A stretch of DNA of 64,000 bases from Octopus vulgaris (lineage: Eukaryota). How positions within the stretch are numbered: position 1 is the first letter of the stretch; every line of letters starts with the position of its first letter. Below the pieces are notes generated by a model. The model ran no database searches, was not told the origin of the DNA, and saw only the letters and a list, made by a program, of their open reading frames with translations. Shown here one piece after another: positions 54,453 to 64,000 of this stretch. The stretch spans positions 27,404,001 through 27,468,000 of the forward strand of contig OX597821.1 in NCBI GenBank assembly GCA_951406725.2, read 5' to 3'. The translations under genes and the position numbers were made by a program.

Positions 54453-54997
54453 GTCCTGATGCAGTACCAGGCACTGGCTCTCATGGCTTCTGATATTAGC
54501 TGATTCGGAAATGTTATCATGTACATTGTTTTGTCTTGGTATAAAAGATAGGCTACAGCAAATAATCTGCTCAATACCACAGATTTGCTTCACCATAACC
54601 GATTGAGCATATCCATTTGTGGCTGACGATATATGCATCTCTGATCATGAGTAGAATTAGTAGGAAAGCGTCAGAGTCACGTGTCGAGAAGAATTATTTG
54701 GGCTTTGAATAATTGACATCTGGAAACATAGGTGTTTTGTCCTTCATCCTTAAACAAACCATTCTCAGGTATCTTTTGAACGGGATGGGCTACTCATCCC
54801 GAAGGAAATTGTAACTAGGCACCACCTGCAAGGTGATGTGCTTTATATCTTGACATGAGAACATTATGTCGCGCACATATGGTTGTGATGCATGTGCCTG
54901 GTGTACGCTTATCAGACATGTAGTCATGGTGGGTATACTGGGCGTCGTATATTTTACGCCAATGTCACTTTGATGTTAGCATGCGTTGCTCTCTCAC
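54453..54997. mobile_element. Second copy of the ~550-bp (TAA)n-embedded element
   Basis: Colinear with 13953-14506; flanked by (AAT)/(GAT) tracts at 54245-54450 and 54999-55186. Confidence 0.88.
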
Positions 54998-55186
<189 letters not shown>

Positions 55187-56689
55187 GCACTCAGAGAAAT
55201 ATACTTCATTCATTCTTCATTTGTAATTATTTACATTGTTATCTTTTTTCTAGTTTAGAAATGTAGAGAGTGTACCTAGACCAAATTCTTATATGAAAAA
55301 GAATACCTCCCTTTCAGTATACTTCTTTGTTAACCAAACATGTAATTTGAAGAACACTCAATCCATTAAATTATTAATAACTATTCTGAAAATGTTTGGG
55401 TTTTAATTTCCTGAAATAGTAAATCTTAATGCAATTTTCAATCTTCATTCCAGAAAAAATATGTATTTTAATTGAACATTCTTCGTACATGCTTTCATAT
55501 ACTAATTACGCTTTTCAGCAATTATTATTGTTCGGCAAACAGTAGCATTCTCTCTACAGGTATATGTAGGTTAGTAGAGAAAATAATGTTACTATCGAAA
55601 TGCTCAAGGAATTTTCATTATGCTGTAAATATTTACAAGTATGTATTTATGCTCTTTGGAAATTAGGTTCCCTTTCCCCTATTTCATAGGGAAATGCTAC
55701 TCCACAAAACAGCCAGTAGTATTAAACAGTTACAGACGTTTCTTTTCTTTCCCCCAAAATGAACTTGTATATTTAAAATCAAACAGAGAGAAGAAATTTT
55801 GTAGTATATGAGTACAGAAATAATTAGCAGTATTATATCATTTCTCATTTAATAAACTACAAAAACTTTCTAAACTTGTATCTAACAAAACCTAAAAGAT
55901 ACTAATTTCTACGCAACAACTTGGTGCAGAAATAATTTCATTTCGTCTCTCAGAGATACATTTTTCAATTAGGAATTGACACGAAAAATAATGACTTTTC
56001 GTATTTTGGTTGAAGTAAGCTAAGGACAGATATAAAGCAAATGATGTCGCAGACTAATATTTACTATTTTAACATAAAAAGATGGCCGGCCAAATATACT
56101 AAAATAGACACCAAAACAACGCTTTAGTGTTATAGTTGACAATGTCTTTCATTCTTGTGGTTCTAAGCATTTATTTGGTCACAAAATACCGTCTCTGACC
56201 GGGAAAATCAACTGAGACATGGCATTCTCCATTGCAGAGGATAATTATCTACTCCTCGTTGCTTTGTTGCCGTAGCTGTGCTCCTTTCTATGTGTCCACC
56301 TATCTTCTACAGTATCTCTCAGCCCTCTAGCAATTTTGTGCAGCTTCACAGAATCTCATTTTCATTCGGTCATCTGCAAGGCTCTCTCTTCCAGCATATC
56401 ATGTTGATACTGAGCGCTTTCGTAGGGAATCTAAAGCAAAAATGTTTGAAGCGTATATGAAGATGACTAATGTGTCTGTTCTTAGAAATTCTGCATATAC
56501 GACATCCCTCGTAATGTAGCTATTGTACATACGATGAACGTGGACCAACCATAGAAGACATCACTGTCGTAGGTGAGTAACCATTCTGGAAAGTCCAAGG
56601 TCAACATCCGTGCATTGTACCCTTCGTCTTACTTGGATATTTTCAGTCAACAGCATGTATTTTCAAGGGTAAAGTGATTGTCATTTGTG

Positions 56690-56745
56690 CCAGTGTCAAT
56701 TAGTATAAACTCATGGTCGACATCGATTATGATAGCCAGTAATAC
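56690..56745 (-). mobile_element. Possible PIF/Harbinger transposase remnant
   Basis: Minus strand VLLAIIIDVDHEFILIDTGTND resembles VLxAxxDxxYxFxxxDxGxxG; short match only. Confidence 0.3.
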
Positions 56746-57169
56746 TTCTGTAATCTGTACTAGAACTCTCATTTCCTTCGGACTGACAGTTGGCATTGCA
56801 AGCGTTAGAGGTATCATCCCTCAGTAACTTGTGCTCCTGCTGTGCAAGGGTATCGAGCGCTGCCTTTTCAGTGAAAAGCATACCTCTGATGCGTGTAGCA
56901 TATATTTCTGCCTGCGATTTGTAGTAAGGTAAGCTGCAGAAACTACTGCCTGACCCGACCTAAAACGCAAATAATCTACCCTCCTTTCCTTTACGGAGAC
57001 GTAACTTATTTACAGATAAATGAAGAACTCGAAGAGTGTGGGAGACCTGAGCGGCCTAGTTTGACGCTGCAGCGCAAAGCATGACAAACGCATTACAAAT
57101 TCCTACTTCCAAAACAATACCCAGCATGCAATTTCGCAATGAAATACGTACTTAGGTAATGGGAACCAT

Positions 57170-57269
57170 NNNNNNNNNNNNNNNNNNNNNNNNNNNNNNN
57201 NNNNNNNNNNNNNNNNNNNNNNNNNNNNNNNNNNNNNNNNNNNNNNNNNNNNNNNNNNNNNNNNNNNNN
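57170..57269. other. Assembly gap (100 N)
   Basis: Run of N. Confidence 1.
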
Positions 57270-60124
57270 AACCATGTTGATATCCTGCCATTTAAGACGT
57301 TCTGTCAATGCACACTCTGATAACAAAGTGCCTCGAAAAATCGTTATGTTGACAGATTAATCTGCAGTGTAAACGTTTTAATTCCTCTAAGCGGGAAGAT
57401 AAATCATCCTATTATTATAAGACAAACTTCGCGAAATGCTCCCTTACAGAAGCATTATACCATAATCCAGGAGCAGTACTGTAGCAAATGTGGAAATCGT
57501 ATGGAACAACATGAATTGCACAGACGTGCCTAAAGTTTTACTCCAGCTGACTGGCTCTTGAATGTACATTGTTCCTAGATAACTGAGGGGATTTCTTTTC
57601 CTTAGCCTCGAAAGACTACTGTCCCATCTTCATGAAGCATATGAAAGGAAGTGCGTTATTCAATGACAAACAGTGTTTATCTGATGGCTTATCAAATTCA
57701 CAAGTTTACAATCATGGACAAAATATCCTGTGTATCAGACCACATTATTTTGTAAAAATTTAACCAGTGTTGAATGGTAACTGTGAGCTGTTAAACTGAG
57801 AAACCGACCTATTATTTATCGGTGTTCAAGCATTTCTAATATCCATGGGAAACGCATGACTATCACAAGCTCAATTTATTCGATGCTTAAATCAAATATC
57901 ATAAACCGTACGAGAAATCGTACCCTTGTACATCATGTCTATAAGTTGGTTTTATGAGACAGAGCCAGCAACAAAAAAAAGCGTTACTTGTTAAATATTT
58001 CTTCTGATATAAGCTTTAAAAAGAAATGGAAAGTTTTTGAAAGAACATCCAAGTTTTCCGTTAGTTATTAGAAGTAAAATATAGAAAGGCAAACTGAATA
58101 TCCAAGCATATAATTTGTGGACCGTAAACTGGCTGTCGATAACTAACCTGCGTTTTTGTGGATTTAATAATCCAATCAAGGCCTTTGAACTTTGAGAGTA
58201 TAGGTCCACGATATTAATATTCCTGCAATAGAATATTGATTTCTTATGTTGGAACAACGACTTCGATTAATAGGGAGGCATATAGCAGTGTGTGAGATTC
58301 GTGTCGTTCTCAACAGTATTAATACCTGGAAGAAATGAAACGTGTATTTGAATAAGAAATAGGGGGAAAAGAACGTCTTAATGACATGTTTGAAAAGATA
58401 CGTTCACTTCATAAATAACTGCCAAAATATATTCGTAATAATTTCAATGAACAGAGATAATTAATGATCAAGGAATGTAATATCTCTCGTTGGAAGTATA
58501 AAGCATGAGGAAGTTCTTTTATTGTCTCAAAAATGTAGAGAGTGCAGAATGGAACATCCATATTCTGTCAGATCAACTTTAAAGGGTTACACAGCATTAT
58601 AGTTCTAATTATTAATTTAGAATAACGGACATTTCTTGTAATGAATATAAAGATTGTGCCTGCATAACTTTAATAATTTTAGTCCATGGTAATGCATTCA
58701 AATGAGAAATATGTTTCCACTTTTCAATATCCGGTTAAAATGAGATCGTTTTAGTTCTCCGCACTACTAATATTATTCACAAAGCAACGGTATTCTCTTA
58801 ATCTTAATAAACACTGACAGTTTAAATTATCTGTTTCATAAGGATTACAAAAGTAATTTTAATCATGATGTTAATATTCTGCTGTAAGTTTGCCATATCT
58901 CTATATTTGTATTTGTCACAAATTCGTTTCTTTTATAATACTTATGCTATTGTTGGAATAAATTTAATTAGGTCCATCCTTGTCCATTTTAAACTATAGA
59001 TGATTTACTGTTTTCAGAACAGGAAACGATATTATTTTTTTCCTGATTCAACCATTGGAGTGCAACGATTCATTTGGATTCGAGAATTGTAGGAATTTAC
59101 CCGAAAGAATCGGCCACAAGCCAGAGTTTTCGACGCCAGTGTTTTATAAAAATACCTTCTTCTAAAGATTTTGTGATAGCCAGCTCCCCTGCAGAAAAGG
59201 TCAGTTATAATGCAGCTATCATGCACAAAGTACCAGATTGTAGATCCCGTTTTCTGATTAGGTAAAACTGATTAAGATCTAAAAATGTTGCTGTCACAAT
59301 ATGTGACAGCAACAGGGAAGACCTCACTGAAGTAAAGATACACAGAGTTATAGGGCTTGAAACACAAACACACATATATTTCCAAACGTAAACACAATTA
59401 ATCACGAGTTTAAAAGGGTGCATATTACATATATGTAAGTATGTATATGTATGTATGTACTATGTGAGTGCGTTTGTATGTGTGAATGTGTGAGCATTTC
59501 TCAGCAGAAAAGCCACTTACCAACACTCTCCTTAAAGCTACTGTTCTGTGTTTGTGCGTGTGCTTTGTATCTATGTATTTACGAAAGCATGTATGTAGCG
59601 TCGCGTATATATGACAGCTGTATTAACGTTAATATTTCATTTCCACCGCTGTTCTCACCTTCACTGACATAAGTCACTCTCTTACTACCTTTCCCTCAGA
59701 CTAATACATTTTGCATATAATTCGCCCAGCGTCCCTAGCGTAAACATTATAGATTTTTATTGAAATCCAAGTTGTCTATTATTGACCTGGATATAAGTGT
59801 AACATGTAGGCAACGATTCGTGAATATTGGTTCCCTGGTTGAGGAACTAAGATGGTAACAGTCAGACACAGCGAGAAATTGCCATTTATATATTAGATAT
59901 GCGTATATATATATGTATATATATATATATACCCTACATTCTAAGATATATTGGCATTTGCGTATGCTTGTATATCAACACATTAATCTACACACACGCA
60001 CACATACAGGCATATATATTTGTCTATATTTATACAAGGTATGATGTGTACATTGTAGCCATTTTATGTTTTAATTTCGCGTATGCGCTCGTTTTGTTTC
60101 TGTATTTTGTCGACTACACAGTAT

Positions 60125-60815
60125 AGTATGATCAGTGAGAAAGACATCTCCATGACGCAATTCACTCTGCCAGAAATTTGGACACGACATGATTTCATGC
60201 ATGGTAATCACACGGAAAGAACTAATACCAACAGATAGTGAACATATAACAACCGTTGACTTGCCATTTCCTCAAAGCATGTACAGCAAGTAATAAATAA
60301 TCAAACAACCAGTCAACATCATGGTGTTTGGAGTGATCTCTATTGATGGCGACGTTATGCCTCCATTTAACTTTCCACATAGCCTCAGACACAACACGGA
60401 GGCCTATATCAATTACCTGGGCGAGATATGACAATACTGGATCAAGAGGGTGGCTACTGGAAGACCATGTGTTTGGCAACATGACTCTGCACCATGCGAC
60501 AAAAGCAGGAATACACAATCATGGCTGTCAAACAATTTCTACGACCACATCACCCATAATATCTGGTCACCTAACTCCCCAGACTGAAAGTCCCTTGATT
60601 ATTATTGGGTGCAGTTGACCGAGAAACCAACAACACTCCTTAAAACACGAAGGATTTATTGCAACCAAGGATTATGGCAGCATTCCCCAACTTAATCAAG
60701 GGGTTCGTCCAGAAGAATTGCAGGAGATTCTGAAGTCATTTGGAGATTGTGCTTGAAGCCAATGGTGATGTTATTGAATAAATGCTTCCCTTTAATATTT
60801 CAAGATTTTTTATTC
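60125..60815 (+). mobile_element. Decayed DD37D (maT-like) Tc1/mariner transposase
   Basis: KQPVNIMVFGVISIDGDVMPPF...WIKRVATGRPCVWQHDSAPC...TQSWLSNNFYDHITHNIWSPNSPD*KSLDY (QDSAPxH and WPPxSPDxNPLDY motifs). Confidence 0.85.
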
Positions 60816-60829
60816 AATAAAGTTATATA

Positions 60830-60876
<47 letters not shown>

Positions 60877-60883
<7 letters not shown>

Positions 60884-60903
60884 TCCTCCGGGCCCCCTCA
60901 TCT

Positions 60904-60961
<58 letters not shown>

Positions 60962-60995
60962 TCCTCCAGGCCCCCTCATCTAAAATTATATATAT
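60877..60995. repeat. Tandem duplication of a ~33-bp unit separated by (AT)n
   Basis: tacacattcctcc(g/a)ggccccctcatctaaaatta occurs twice. Confidence 0.9.
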
Positions 60996-62714
60996 ATATT
61001 ATGTCTATTCATGTAAACTATATAATAGTAGTACACTTTATTGAGAACGGTTACGCATTGTATTCAATTACTGGATTACCAGCACTCATAACGCATATTA
61101 TTAGGAATGTTTATTCCTTATTGAATATTTCATCCAGGGTTGAACTTGAGATAAGGTATGATAAGTGAGATATATCACAAATGTATGGCAATTCATTGTC
61201 TTTGCATATAATAACATGGCACCACTTTGTTTCACTGTTTCTTATCGCACAAATATTTGCTGCAGATGGTTTCGAATTCCGGCTTAGTGCTGCATACTTC
61301 CCTAAAGTGTTTCAGTATCAATAGATCAGTTCCCCCAGTTATGCATTATGATAGATTGAGCTTACTTTTAAAGTTAGATGGGTTTTAAAGAAAAGAGTTG
61401 TTATATAAAAATAACGAGAATTGTTTAATATTGCATATTAAATATATTTTGATGATGAAATTGAAAAGGTGAACGAAGATCGGCTTCAGTAATTATTCCT
61501 AATGCAGATTTTCATACCATGAAGTCATCATTTGAATCTTAAAGGGCGTTTCGCAAACATATATGAAATTTGCATAATCTGCAGTTTGATTACGGGAAGT
61601 TTTACTACAGGTTTGCTCATACTACATAAGCTACATGCCAGCAGCATGTGTGTTTCTGAAGACTTGCATGATAATTACAAATAGGCTATGAATTCTGCAC
61701 CACCTAACTACCAACAATTTGTTCTATCTGTTGGTGGATCTATAAATACTTATATAGATTAGCGTCTACTTATTTTATATACACTATGCAATGTGTAGCC
61801 ATTGTTAGTAGTGTTTTGCTATCATATTGTAAAAAATAGCAAATTCTTGTAACCACTTCATGTAAATATACAATTTAAAAGTGCTTTTTTACTTCATTGT
61901 AATAGACTTTTGAAATATATTTGCTATATAGAGGATATAAATTGGTAGAATCTAGGAAAGTTTAATGTTGGTAATAGAGGTTGTTTGATTTTATTATATT
62001 GATACGAAGATGCAAAATTAACTCGGTATTAATATAAACGGTAAAAAAGTGAAAGGAATATACACCAGAGTAAGATATTCATTACCAAAGGATATTTAGT
62101 GAAATGAAAATGCTAGAAAAGTTAGCATGATGAACATTGCACTTATAAGTAATCTTGAGAATTTTTTTTTATCTATAAACACCTGTATCCGTATTCGGAG
62201 TTTTAGGAAGATCCATCACTATTTCATAATGTGAATTCATGGGGTTGGCCGGATTATTATTTAAGAAATAACCTCCAAATATATAATTTCCTTATATATC
62301 TATGTTTCCTATATTTACTGATTCCTGTTGATGTGTTCTTTCTTTTGTCACTAAGCTTAAATATGAAAATCAAAATGATAAAGTAAAAAGGGCAACATAA
62401 GAAAGAGAAGGGAAAATATTTTGCAAGCATTCAACAATATATCTATTCTGAATACTTAATCAGAGGATCATTTATCATGGAGAGAATTGCAGATTTCTAT
62501 AGCATACGACATCTTGAAGAAACAAAAAAGTATCTAAAGTGAAAATGAAAATTGTAACAGAAACCACAAACAAAAGACATGTGTCAGAGTATAATAATAG
62601 AAAATAATACGAAATACATTTGTCAGATTGGCGGTATCATTTGATTTTACATTAGAAAAACATATAGCTCTTGTTATGGTATATTTATGTCCAAGTGACT
62701 ATATGTATGTATTT

Positions 62715-62766
<52 letters not shown>

Positions 62767-64000
62767 ATATATACACAGAGTGAGAGTAAGAGGTATAGAT
62801 AAATACATACATACATGCATATATATATATATAAATACAATCACGCACTCGCAGGAATATACTTTCATTCATATATACATAAACATATGCATACAAGATA
62901 CACGCATACATACGTTATATGTGTCTGTATTTGCGTAGCACTGTAAGTGTAATTTTAAGAAGAAAAGGATGCATATAGATGTAAACAGAAAAATAAACGT
63001 GTGAAGATGTTGACGAACATATCTATATATTTTGCTAAATGTATCATTAATTTTGATAATAAAATATCCTACAATATAAAAAGAGTGTATGGATGACAGT
63101 TTAGACACATTTGTTTTTACAAGGAGATGGAATTTCGATTAGTGCATGTTTATTTCACAACAGAATATTGTAAATTATTATTTAATGGCGTGTACTTTAT
63201 AGATGATTTTATTATTTATAAGGCGGTATAAGAACACAGGACGTCACATATCTGTTGAGTAGAGAAACAAAGGAACATACTTTCACATCATTTATTTCTA
63301 CTCACGCAACTGACATATCCGGCCCCACTGAAAGAAGTCAAAACCACAGATAGGAATTCATTGATTTGCATATACATTTAATTCACTCGCATATAGGGAT
63401 TATCATGTATAAATAGACAATAACACTCGAGTGTGTCCACCTTAACGGATATGAACATTCATTTACCCTCACCAATATATCCATATGTATCTATTCTTTA
63501 TACTGAACCTGTCTTCATCTATACGTGTCCATATATGTGCATTTCATTTCTGCGTAGTATTGAGTAGATGTGAAAGAGGTAAAGTAGGTGAGTGAGACAA
63601 AACTATTGAAATTCTTAACCGTTTGTACCAATGCATGTCAGACGTTTCGGGGTGAATTGAATTTTAACATAATATTTTCGTTGCACGAATCTACTTTGAT
63701 TTCTCATATACAACTGGAGTAATAATACTAATTCCACTTTACAAAAACACAAATATCATAATAGACGTCTCTCTTTAAATAGAATCATGTGTTGTATAGG
63801 CGGCTAGAGTCGATGTCTTCTGGAGATAAACAACAGTAACATTCATCCCAAAATGGGACTGCCACATTAGGTTGCCAATAATCGTTACTTTAAAGTGTTT
63901 CTACCGAACATCTCTCGTTGGGAGATTTAGAAACAGCAATGTTTCTATTTTATTAAATACGTGACTGACTCACTTAGAAAATTATATATGTGCCCGAGCA

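Noticed and set aside
59074-59265. 63-aa plus-strand ORF ending at a GT donor-like site
   Set aside because: There is an in-frame stop just downstream of the nearest acceptor and no recognisable domain.

Overview
AT-rich, microsatellite-saturated animal genomic DNA (intron or intergenic). The repeat landscape suggests a coleoid cephalopod such as Octopus, but that is inference from pattern recognition, not a database match. No confident host gene is visible, and most of the ORF track is microsatellite translation. The window is a transposon graveyard: Tc1/mariner remnants, three or four tRNA-derived SINE families, RTE, R4/Dong-like and L1-like LINE fragments, and many Penelope-like element (PLE) pieces. 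The most striking feature is a set of non-coding type I hammerhead ribozyme (HHR) elements inserted in (AT)n tracts. A very young 485-bp monomer is present as 1.6 head-to-tail copies plus an inverted 1.2 copies, with three intact hammerheads (46851-48209). A 562-bp monomer has the same architecture (7487-8261). Several other families share a 'fold-back arm plus fixed-length 3' tail' geometry. Together they look like a retrozyme-like (circular RNA) parasite system mobilised by PLE machinery. All pairings were read by eye; no folding or database search was run.
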